From: Paragordius varius
Lineage: Eukaryota > Animalia > Nematomorpha
Reading direction: 5' to 3'
Assembly: GCA_964247055.1 (NCBI GenBank)
Contig: OZ176052.1
Span: forward strand, 9,796,001 to 9,860,000
Length of the DNA stretch: 64,000 nucleotides
The notes beneath the pieces are model-generated. The model was not told the DNA's origin. It ran no database searches and saw nothing but the letters and a program-made list of their open reading frames with translations. This document shows positions 50,901 through 61,668 of this stretch, in pieces. Position 1 is the stretch's first letter, and each line of letters begins with the position of its first letter. The translations under genes and the position numbers were made by a program.

Positions 50901-53823
50901 TTTTTATTGAAAATTGCAATTAATAACCCAGAAAACTTTTTTTACTATTACTGGTGTAAATTTTATAAAAAATGATATATATTTTAAGAACTTACACTGT
51001 TTCTGAATGATCAAAAGTCGATATTGATTTAAAAGTTTGGTTATATCAGGAGAATAGGTTAAAAATAATAAAATATATTAATGATATACACGGTTTGATT
51101 GATGATAAAAGTTAAAAACAATTTAAAAAAGTTGAAGGTATAACTTGAAACAAAGACTCTCTTGAAATGTTTAAGGACCAATTAAAGTGTTCAAGGATAC
51201 GTTTGAAGTGCAAACAGTAAAATCCCCGTTTCCATAATTTTTAAACTTAATATATTATTGGTGTCAATGATATTTATTTGGTATTATCATTTTTTATTTT
51301 TGTTAATATCTTTTTAAAGGGGATTTTGTCTTTAGGCTAATTCTTGGATTTTACTACACATATGAACGGAATATATTTTATGATCATTTATTAATTAATA
51401 TGCACATTTTGTATTTAGATGTGACACCCGATCCGATACAACCAAAAACAGAAGGTAATGATAAATTAACCTTTAAACAACTTCTAATTAGTTGATTCAC
51501 CCGAAACAGATTATTTTCAACCTATGGAGACAGTCATACCTCAAACGGCACCCCCGAGCGACTTGGGTAATGATAAAGTTTAACTCATGATGTATTTATA
51601 TTCAATCTATATTAAGGTGAACAGAAATAAAACATAATATTCTAAACATTATGTACCAAATTAAGGGTGCTAGGAATCCATTTTTTACATAATATTTATA
51701 CATAATTTGAAAACACTGAAATACTCAGATAACATATTGTACAAGATTTGTTTTGTTGTATTTTGGGAATTTAATCAATTAATTTTTATAGGATCGAGGA
51801 ATTTCATTCATTTTTTGGATATTTATAAATTATAAGTTATTTGCTGTAAAACACATTTTTTATAGATTTCGATATTGATCTCATAAATCAAGGAATGTCA
51901 GATATTGAAGGGATTACGGGTACATAATTTTGGCGATATCTTTTCCTAGATATTTTTTTGGCGACACCATTAAAGTTTATACTAATAAAGTATATTAATT
52001 TTGATATATCAAGTTTTACATCGTGTTTATTAAAAATTATAATTTTTTAACTCCTATTATCTGATATTAATTTAATGTAATAGACGAGCTTTTTAAGCTC
52101 CTCAAATTTTAAAGTTTTAAAAATCATCAAAAATAACCAATCAATACCAACCTACGAGCTTGTGGCCAATAATTTTGTTAAAAGAATTTATTATATTCAA
52201 AAATATTGGTTCTGGTTTACACAATACATAATTGCAGAGTCTAAAATAAAAAATTAAACTTCAGGATTGTTGGTAAAGACAGAGCATATACAGATGCGTA
52301 GCTAGAGGGGGGAAGGTGAACTAATTCACCGGGCGCCATATTTAAAGGGGTGCCGGATTTTAATTTTTATTATCTTATTTCAAAAATTAGGTATTTTAAG
52401 ATTATTATTTTACATAATAAATAAAAAAAATCATCTATAGAATGGTCATGATCACGTTTGAATTTAATTATTTTAAAAATGTGAGGGGCGCCAGTAATGC
52501 AAGCTATGCCTCTGAGTAGATAATTTAAAATATTTATTAACAAATATTTCATAAGGAATGTAATATAATTTATATTTAGGTGATATGAACTTTAACCTGG
52601 ATAATTTTGATATACCCGGTATATTTTGATAAAAAAACAAAACTTAATTTAAAATTTATCGCGTTTTTTATATAAAAATTATATTTAATCTAATCATATT
52701 AAATGACAAAATCATAAATTTTTGAATTAAATATTAATTTCACAATTTGTAGCAAATCAACCTATGCAACAAGCGCAAAATCCATTTCCCTCACAACAAA
52801 CGGAACAACTCCCGCATCACCAAAGTTTATTTTACTTATTGATAATATCTTTAATATAAGTTTTAAAGTTGTTTGTAAATGTTTCTCCCAATCTAATTTA
52901 CTGAATGCATGACATTCCATTTATTGTGGTTGGAAATAGAAATATAATATAACCAACGCTTAAAATATGTATAAGTACGTGTGATTATAAGTATAGGTTA
53001 ACACTCCAATACAAATCAGGATTTAAAATAACTCAAATAAATATTTCATTGAGTACTTTTAAAAGAATGTATGGGAAATAGAGGTTAAACAATAGTAAGG
53101 TGATTGGTATATCTAGATGGCACTTTTGATACGGGAAATACTTGGGCTGAAATACTGTAGTAACATTAAATGATGTCTGCAATCTCGATAACGTACGTTT
53201 TTTTGTGGTTTAAGTTTCTGATCTTCTTGTTGACGTTTCGGTTCATATGTTTTCGATTACATACAATTATTCAGTTTAAGTTTAGTTTCATCGCATAAAG
53301 CTGTTTCTTTATTGATTCCCGTAAGAGTATGTGTTTTTTGAAAAAAATCTTCATGTGTTACGGTGTGGGAATGAAGATTATTATTGAAAAAATACGTATC
53401 ATATAAAACATAATTAATATATATTATCACACAATAATTTAAAAACTTAAAATTTTTTGGCTCCAAATAATGTTTTTGAAATCCATCGAATTTCACTCTT
53501 TACAACATAATAACAACTAATATAACGAAACAAACCGTTTATATAAAATTAACATAATATTCAAATTGGTGTGAGATCATCATACGTATTGTATATGTAA
53601 AAAATCAAGCCTATTTTTTCAAAAAACTGCTAAAAAATTGAATTGTGTATTTTTTATGGTCTAATAAGAAAATGTGTGATACCTTTCATTTTTTAAATCA
53701 ATTTATAGATTATCAATCCAATACTCATGGAGAAAGTAGCAACACTCTTAGAGGTAAATAACCAATTAACACGTTAAGATTCAACCAATGAAAGAACAAT
53801 GGATATAAATCATCCATTGACAA
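38616..53823 (+). CDS. Core of an orphan secreted low-complexity glycoprotein gene made of symmetric phase-1 exons and micro-exons
   Basis: GT-AG exons, all multiples of 3 nt with no stops when joined: 38616-38696, 38817-38912, 38992-39141, 39708-40019, 41005-41178, 41842-41904, 42427-42459, 42554-42589, 44110-44148, 44242-44292, 44420-44473, 44707-44748, 45228-45254, 45343-45531, 47063-47098 (weaker), 47290-47379, 47447-47455, 47484-47507, 47571-47612, 50092-50184, 50643-50678, 50722-50784, 51419-51454, 51510-51566, 51866-51919, 52580-52618, 52753-52824, 53709-53753, 53779-53823. The exons stand out as GC-richer islands. No family recognised. Confidence 0.75.
41995..42222. mobile_element. 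5'-truncated copy of hAT MITE family H2
   Basis: Colinear similarity to 35985-36210; right end gcggcccgcaaggccatttgtgttggacatccc. Confidence 0.6.
43008..43990. repeat. Complex palindromic repeat, with a partial inverted copy at ~18135-18410
   Basis: ~43080-43350 is the reverse complement of ~43660-43960 (ttttggagctgtcc / ggacagctccaaaa); 18135-18410 matches 43250-43515 in reverse orientation. Confidence 0.6.
45553..46182. mobile_element. Foldback element, TATACCATTT-end family, subrepeat type A
   Basis: The first 28 nt of both arms are exact reverse complements (tataccatttgcacttcaagagtgtcct), followed by 21-bp repeats gaacacttcaagttggtcctt. Confidence 0.85.
48143..49203 (+). mobile_element. 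Non-autonomous Helitron
   Basis: 5' A|TCTATATATTAAAA; 3' hairpins (gaagtcc-gta-ggacttc; ctcgtg...cacgag) then CTAG|T; no TSD. Internal direct duplication 48171-~48550 / 48672-~49010. The joined flanks resemble the uninterrupted sister element near 37345-37380. Confidence 0.8.
49129..49151. repeat. Poly-C tract (23 nt)
   Basis: Read directly; sits immediately 5' of the Helitron terminal hairpins. Confidence 0.95.
50798..51219. mobile_element. Degenerate foldback element, TATACCATTT-end family, type A
   Basis: Left end tataccatttgcagttcaagagtgtcct; degenerate right end gttcaaggatacgtttgaagtgcaaa; internal similarity to 45553-46182. Confidence 0.7.
52291..52514. mobile_element. hAT-type MITE (family H1)
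   Basis: TIRs cagatgcgtagctag / caagctatgcctctg; 8-bp flanks agcatata/agtagata; shares the internal aggggtgccg.attttaat motif with 1613-1803. Confidence 0.7.
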
Positions 53824-53954
53824 GTAATGCTATATAGATGTATATAATAATATAATTTTAATACATATCAATTAATAATTAACAGAATTAATTATATTGA
53901 ATGTTAATCTCAAACGCTATATACAATCAAAAATATAACTCTAAAATTTGCCAG

Positions 53955-56900
53955 GTGTCGTGGGTTAAACCTAATGAAAATTTTAATTTATTTATTTAAT
54001 TTACGATACCCCATCTATACATTAATTTTTTTATGTTTACATTGATATTGAAAAATCATAATTAAAGAAAATATATCAAACGCAAAAGTTTCACCCTTTC
54101 TTTTTGAATTAATTTCAATTTTTCATCTTAATTATATTTTTATTTTTGAATAATAATTGGATTTAGATGGATTAAATCAAAGTATAAATAAATTTAATCC
54201 TTTACATATCAGTTAATCAATTGGAGCATGGTAAATTTTAACTGTTTCATTTTATATGTTTGGTAATAAAATTTGAATATGTGGTTTAACGCAAAAATTT
54301 GTTTTATCAGAGTATAGAACCATAAAGAGATGTAAATTTTGCTTTTTGTAAATTTACCCTAAGTATATAAAATTAAAGATTTTATTCCATAATAAAATCA
54401 AACAATTTATATACAAAATTATGTTTCCAAATTTTTTTGAGAGGATAAATATTTTTTTTAAATATTTTATGGATAACTTTATTGCAATGTCATAAAGCAA
54501 TACAGAACTTACGACAAGGTAAAATAGTTAATCATCCCATAAGGCAATATTTTGATGTACATTTTCATCTTGCAAAAACAATATTTCTTAAATAATAAAT
54601 CAAAGGTTTCCAAATGTTCGGTTCAATATACAATATAATAAAAGGGTTTAAAACGCACAAGTTTTTTCTATAAAGTGTAACAACAATAAATTTGAAAGTA
54701 TATTAGTTAATCTAGTTAAAGGGTACAGAATATACCCAAATATGTAAACACTGGTTGTGCGACTTCAATTTCCGTTTTAGTCAAACCTAATAAGCAGAAA
54801 AGTCGTTTAAATGCAGTTATAAATTGAAACATACAGACAAAATGTAAAAACTAAAGGGCTAATATTTTGTTTAAAAAGCACCCACACTTTTATGTTAATT
54901 TATTATAGCATATCGTTTTAGATAATATAGTAAATTGTTAACACTCTCAATTATATTAATTTAATAATTTGATTAAATAGAGGTTTAAAATATGGTCTTT
55001 AAAAATATATTTAGTTTTGACGGTTTGCATAATTTCTTTTCTCTATTTAAAACACAAATTTTTGAAATAGATTTGATCAAATAAATATAGATGGGCAGCT
55101 GAACATAATTAATATAAGAACTAAGGCGCTTTTTTAATACGCTATAGGATTTCAAAGAGATGATATCCATGCTGTGCTATCTAGTAAACATTAAGCTCTC
55201 GGTTTTTTTAATGAGCGTGAATGTATGATTAAGAATCCAAATTAAGATCGAAACACCTCTCACGCGATGAAGTGTTTTGGGTAAGATGGATAATATATTA
55301 TAACTATCGGAGGCGCTAGAATTTTTACTTTTGTTTTATACTGAGACACGTTCAATCAAATTTTATTTTTTAAATAAAAGCGTGTACATCAAATTTATTT
55401 CTCATATATTTAGTTTAAATTGGTATGTTAACTGAACCGTTGCATAAAACTGCAATTAAAAATGTGTGGTTTATAGAAAGAATTTAAAAGTTGCTTTTCT
55501 AAAACCCTTTTTTCTGGTCGGATTCTTGAAAATTGTTTTAAAACTGTTTCTAAACAGTGTTTGCTCACTTTCCTCAATATTTCCAAAAAGCTCTTACCAT
55601 TTAATCTTTGTATTTGAAAAGCAGGCTTTTAATTCAATCTAAATCAAGGAATTGTTATATATTTTACCATTTTAAAGTTTATAAAATGTGATAATTTACT
55701 AATTGGATATTTATTTATAATATTTAAGCAACCGGTTTAGGTATAAATTATTTGATTATTGTAAACTTAGCTCAAAATTATTTACAGCGAGGTAATCTTT
55801 AAAATTATATAATTTAAACCTATCTTATTAGGACAAGACATAACTGGTATTTCCATTCTATTACATATATAAGTTTAATGTTACATGATATTTTGTTTCA
55901 ATAGCATATAGCAATTGAAAAATGTGTTATATATAATTTCTGGTTAAAATGGTTGAAAAATATATTCTAGCTTTCATAAAATAAAATAATGGTTCCTTGA
56001 GGTTCAGTGTTTTTATATAATATTTTTGCAAAACATAATGACTTAATGGTAAGAAATGGACATAATTCGTTCATTAATAGACTAATGTTAAAATAATAAA
56101 ACATAAGAAAGTGACCTGGCTTTAGAATCCAAATAACAAATAGTGACAATGTTTTTGAGGCAATAGCAAATAAAATTATATTAAACAATCCCTCGTTTCT
56201 ACAGAATGTAAAACGTTTAAATTTATTTATATAGGCAAAAAGTTGAAAAGAGTATTAGTATTGTACAAACAATTAAAATGCTTGTGATTCATTTCGTTTC
56301 GATATCATGAGAGTGAGGCGATTAAAATGCAAAATCAGTTTTTTTAATTGTTATTAAATTGTTTTCTATTATATTGATGATTTTGTCATAAGGATTTTGA
56401 TAATTAAAATATTAAATAGAGAATTTTTTGACCGTATTTGTATTGGATAATAAATTTTTAATTATGACTTGTTTAAGAAACAAAAAATATTCAAAAGGCT
56501 ATCTTTTTTATCTTTGGATACCAAACAAGTTGTTAATCAGTTGTTTTTATTTTATAAAAGATATTTATTGGAAAAATAATGGTTTATTAATTTATCACCA
56601 ATAATTTTGCATTTTCTATATTAATAAACGAGGTTTTGAATTTTGTCATATTATCCGACGATTGGAAACATTAAAAAATTATAAAAAGTTAACCGTTTTT
56701 CCGCTTCTAAAGTTAGGGGCCCAAAATGATGTATAGATACCACATAAACCTTAAATTTCACGCTCTTTTAATATGTTAAATTTATTTTTATTATAAACAC
56801 ATTAAGCCATTAATCAAGGTTGGTATTAATTTAAATATGTAAAATAAATATAAATTATATAAAATATAAATTTAATCAAGTTGTTCAACAAGAATTAACA

Positions 56901-59259
56901 AGTAAATTATGATTTAAAATTATAATTCTATCAGATGTAAAACAATTAACCCAAAGTATATTTTAACACTTGGAAACAACACATTTCAGTCCTTCGATTT
57001 GAATTGAGGTAGTTGGATACCCCAGGCCTATTTAAAATTAAATACTTCAAAAAATATGGAAGGAATTAAAACCATGGCAAAGGTTTGCACTTATATAACA
57101 TTAATGAACCGAAATATAATAAAAAATCTATTCAAAAATACTTGATATTATTTATTCAGAGGTAAAATCCAAAGGTAAAAATTAAGCCAATGCAAAATAA
57201 ACCACTTTTATATACCATTTTTCATGCAAAAACATCATTTTTTTAACCAAATGCAACATTTTTTCACCAAACTCAACATTTTTTCAAGCAAACGCAACAT
57301 TTTTTCAAGCAAAGACAATATTTTTTCGAACAAACGCAACATTTTTTCAAGCAAAGACAACAATTTTTCAAGCAAACGCAACATTTTTTCAAGCAAAGAC
57401 AATTTCGAGCAAAGACAACAATTTTCAAGCAAACGCAACATTTTTTCAAGCAAACGCAACATTTTTTCAAGCAAAAACAACAATTTTTTTAAAAAATAAT
57501 AACCCTTTTTTTTATTTTAAGGCATATTAAATTTAAAGTTTATGTAAATTAATTTTAGCGTAGAATTATGATTTTTATTGTTTTATCATCAATATTTGAT
57601 GGTATGATTGATTTTCAAACATTTTAATTTAGCCCAAAAATTGCATTATTTATTTATATTAATTATTTTTCCTTTTGCAACTTAAGTTTCACCTAATCAA
57701 TCTATACTGCGCTTCAAGATTGTTCTTTTAAATTTAAACTTAGTCCTAGAACACTTCAAGTTGATCCTTCAATATTTTAATTTTAATTCTAACGTTTATT
57801 AATGACGCAATAAAATATTCATTATTTAATCATTTAAACCTATTTTTTTATTTAACCTAAACTTTTTAGTGAATACATTTATTTCATGAGAACCGTATAT
57901 CCTTATTATTTTGTATAAATTAATATTATAAATTTCTACGTTTTGTGGGTTATTAATGGAAATATTTAGTTTAAAACAATAATAAATTTATAATATTGAT
58001 AAATTAAAGAAAATTTTCAAACAAAGTTGTTTTACTATGAAAATATTAATTTTGATTTAAAAACTAATAAATAGAGTTATCAGTTTAAATTTAAAAAATA
58101 GATATTTACACACAAAAATAACGGTTGTATGGAAACTGCAAAAAATGTATTTAAAGCGAAGGATATCTTTAAATTTTTAAGGAGAGTCTTTAAGTGCAAA
58201 TTGTATTGAATGATAAAAAAAAATATTTATAAATAAATAATGCAATTTATGGGCTAAATTAAAACGTTTGAAAATCAATCATACCATCAAATATGATGAT
58301 AAAACAATAAAAATCATAATTCTAGTCTAAAATTAATTTACATTAATTTTAAATTTATGTCTTAAAATAAAAAAAAATGGTTTTTTATTTTAAAAAAATT
58401 GTTGTTTTTGCTTGAAAAAATGTTGTTGTTGGTTGAAAAAAAAGTTGCGTTTGGATGAAAAAATGTTGTCTTTTGTTGAAAAAATGTTACGTTTGCTTGA
58501 AAAAATGTTGCGTTGTCTTTGCTTGAAAAAATGTTGCCTTTGCTCGTAAAAATGTTGTCTTTGTTTGAAAAAATGTTGCGTTTGCTTGAAAAAATGTTGA
58601 GTTTGGTTGAAAAAATGTTGCATTGGAAAATGATGTTTTTGCATGAAAAATGGTATATCTATATTAAATGTGGTATTAATAAAATAATTTTAGTTTTAAA
58701 ATTATATAAACATGACATTTTGCCTAAATATTGTAAAATAAATTGCGTCGAGGATATTTGATATGAAACTTTTTTTTAAAACTAAATTGAAGCCTAAATT
58801 AAAATTGGGATAGTTTCTTTCAGTAATTTCTTAATATCAACTATAATATAATCCGGGGTATTTAGATGCCCCATTTTGAATCGAAGTGTGGAACAAATAT
58901 ATAATTTTGTTATAAACATACATCAACCATTTTGTTATATTTAGATATTGAGACGCATTGGTCAAGTAAATTTAATTCAAATATAATTATTATTAATTAT
59001 ATTAATTTAGACCTTATGCAACAACAACATAGTAAATTATATATACACATACTTTATAGACTAAATTATTTTTTGGTATTATTGTTAATAAGAATTATAT
59101 TCTTGTATTAATATCATAAATAGGAATCCATAAAAATTAATATTCTTTAAAGTGTGTGATTAATTTAAATAATAAATAGACCCATCGTTGAGTGGACCAC
59201 CAATGTCAAACTTTGGACAAAATGCACCATGTATTTGTTTTATAAAACAACCTTCATTT

Positions 59260-59331
<72 letters not shown>

Positions 59332-59357
59332 ATTGTATATTATTTATAGTTAAATAA
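53955..59357 (+). CDS. 3' micro-exon tail of the same gene (9-51 nt exons)
   Basis: Candidate phase-1 exons 53955-53963, 54167-54181, 54213-54230, 54311-54331, 54498-54518, 55729-55740, 55771-55791, 55832-55846, 58945-58965, 59011-59031, 59180-59230, then a possible terminal TT AAA TAA at 59350-59357. Very short exons can arise by chance in AT-rich DNA. An earlier stop (54214-54216) is possible if 54167 is read as a terminal exon. Confidence 0.5.
57211..58657. mobile_element. Foldback element, TATACCATTT-end family, subrepeat type C, ~450-bp arms
   Basis: Arms 57211-~57665 and ~58215-58657 are highly similar reverse complements, each with about ten 21-bp units (caagcaaacgcaacatttttt); the centre holds a degenerate type-A element (~57703-58206). 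Confidence 0.85.
59264..59324. repeat. (AT)n microsatellite, ~30 units; shorter runs at ~9015, 9945, 16911, 31633, 36703, 36968, 38577, 38922, 46370, 60758
   Basis: Read directly from the sequence. Confidence 0.95.
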
Positions 59358-60750
59358 TCCCCTCTTTGTCACCAAATGGAATTGGTTCTCATTTAACACG
59401 CTGCCATCCAAAAATAACTCATCCTTTAATAAATTATAAATTAAACTTTATTTATTATGTTATCGTTGATAAAAGGTTTTCTATGAGGTTGTGTTTAAGA
59501 TCACAATATATTTTGTAAATATTGAATTCAAATATTAAAAAAATGAGAGCGATTTTTCGGAGAAATGTTTAAAAAATATTAAATTTTTATTGAGTCGAAT
59601 TTGGGGATATCTTGTCAGTTCTTTAAAACTAAGGTGAGGAATTTTCAATTGACCATTGTGTCATGCTTGTAAAAATTATATTTTCACGTGTCGAAGATTA
59701 AGCCTTTCTCAGATTATTTTATCATCTCATGGGAAAATGTGTATAATAATTGTAAAACTTTTTAACAAAAAAACTAATATACTTGATAAAATGAAAGGTC
59801 ATTTAGTCTCAAATCACACCAAAACTTAATGATCGTAAATATCTACTATAATTAAATGCAGTCAATATAACCGGCATGAAAAATTATATGATTGAACCCA
59901 AACCAAAACAGTTTGAATTCCACACAATTTTAACTGGTTTAGGATAAAATAGTTTGCCTGTTTTATTATCGTTCGGGAAATATTTTACGATTTTAATTTT
60001 CATCCAATTGTTTGAAAGCGTTCTGATTTAATCATTTTAACAGCGCCACGCCATCTGTTACCACTCCCTAAGACAAGTCCTATTAAACTTTGTTTTGCAT
60101 TTGTAACCTTCATATTTTGTCCACCGCTAAATAATGTTTTCAGGAAATATATTTTTTTTTCAATTAAACCCCAACTCTAGCATACAACATAATTATCCAA
60201 TGCTGCACTAAATCATGATGTTGTTAAGTATTATCGTTAGTCCCACAACTTAAAAAATAGTTTGAAACACAATCCCTTTTAGCAAAAAAAATGGCTGAGA
60301 AAAATCAAACAACAAAATAATATCTACTTAGGATTAGATGAACTGATCCAATTTAAAACATAGGTGTAATTCTGTTTTTACACATAAGAATAGAATATCC
60401 AACACAATATGCTCCAATATAAAAAAATGATGATAATACTTAAATAAGCCTACCAATGACGACCGACATAAATTTAGTTCCCCGAGATTATGAAAAAATA
60501 TATGTTTTGGGGGGCAAATATATTAGCTGTTTTAATTATAAGAAAAGTAGCTATGAGTGTAAAGTAAAAAGTGTCTAAATATGGAAAATAAAAGAGTAAT
60601 TTCATTCGTGACTTGGAAAATATCTGGTTAAGATAGTATGTTAGCCGCATTCAATATATGGCAGTTTTCTAAGTTTTATCTGGATCGAAGCTTATGAAAG
60701 CGTTAGAAATTTAAAATAAACAACTTTTAGACATGACCTTTTCAGTGAAT

Positions 60751-60797
<47 letters not shown>

Positions 60798-61668
60798 GTA
60801 AAATAGGTAAAATTCAAGTTAAATTTTTATTTTGCATGAATACAATTCAATATTATTGCTTAGTCAATAGTAGTAGTTATTATACGACAATGGTGAGTTC
60901 CAACCAAGGCTTGAAAAATAATCATAGTTATATCAAGATATGAAATATGGGGGATGAAAACTATATCCTAAGAGGGGCTTATATATAAAACGTTGGGGAG
61001 CAATCTTATTACCTAGTGAGTCCACTAATCTCATAACATTAATAATATCGGATACATTGAAAAAAAGTTTATGAATACTGTTGACCTTTATATTTCGATC
61101 CTTTATTAAAGAAAAAAAACTAACTTTTCCTTTACATATTTTACTTGAACTTTAATGCGTGTATCTTACAACATTAAGGCATGGATGCGAAATATTTATA
61201 GATAAAAATTAGATATATAAGATAAATTCATCTTTTAAACCCGTTAAAAAAAATTTTTAATTGGACTTTTACGGCAAATTTTTTTACTAAGGAATAGATA
61301 TTACTAAAATAAATCAAGGATGGCCTTGTAGATACTATTTGTAATATTGCCTCATTTCGTATTAGGTTTATTATATTTGCTAATACAAATGATGAAATGT
61401 AATCAAATAAGCATAAAGCGTATTTTACATTAGCATAAAAAACACCCCCTTTTTTGATTGGCTTCATTTAGCAGTGAAAGGTTAAACCTCTTTTTATTTA
61501 CATCATGCATATGTTTGTAAACATTTACGACGTTATATAACAAATTTGTGTTTTATTTGCTAATACATAATAATTTTCGTGCGATTTTATTTTTAATATT
61601 CCACGTATTTTATTTACCTGAATAACATAAATCTTTTCCAATCCAATTAATAACCTGCATCTCATATC

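Noticed and set aside
45570-58620. CRISPR-like appearance of the 21-bp arrays
   Set aside because: Units are contiguous with no unique spacers, lie in inverted arms, and there are no cas genes; the context is eukaryotic.
57224-58761. Repetitive ORFs (QHFFKQ, LLEKML, KKCCVCL) as coiled-coil or Cys-rich proteins
   Set aside because: They are translations of the 21-bp subrepeats, open on both strands and mirrored in both arms of a foldback element.
54311-59031. 21-nt micro-exons being derived from the 21-bp foldback subrepeats
   Set aside because: Same length, but no convincing sequence similarity.
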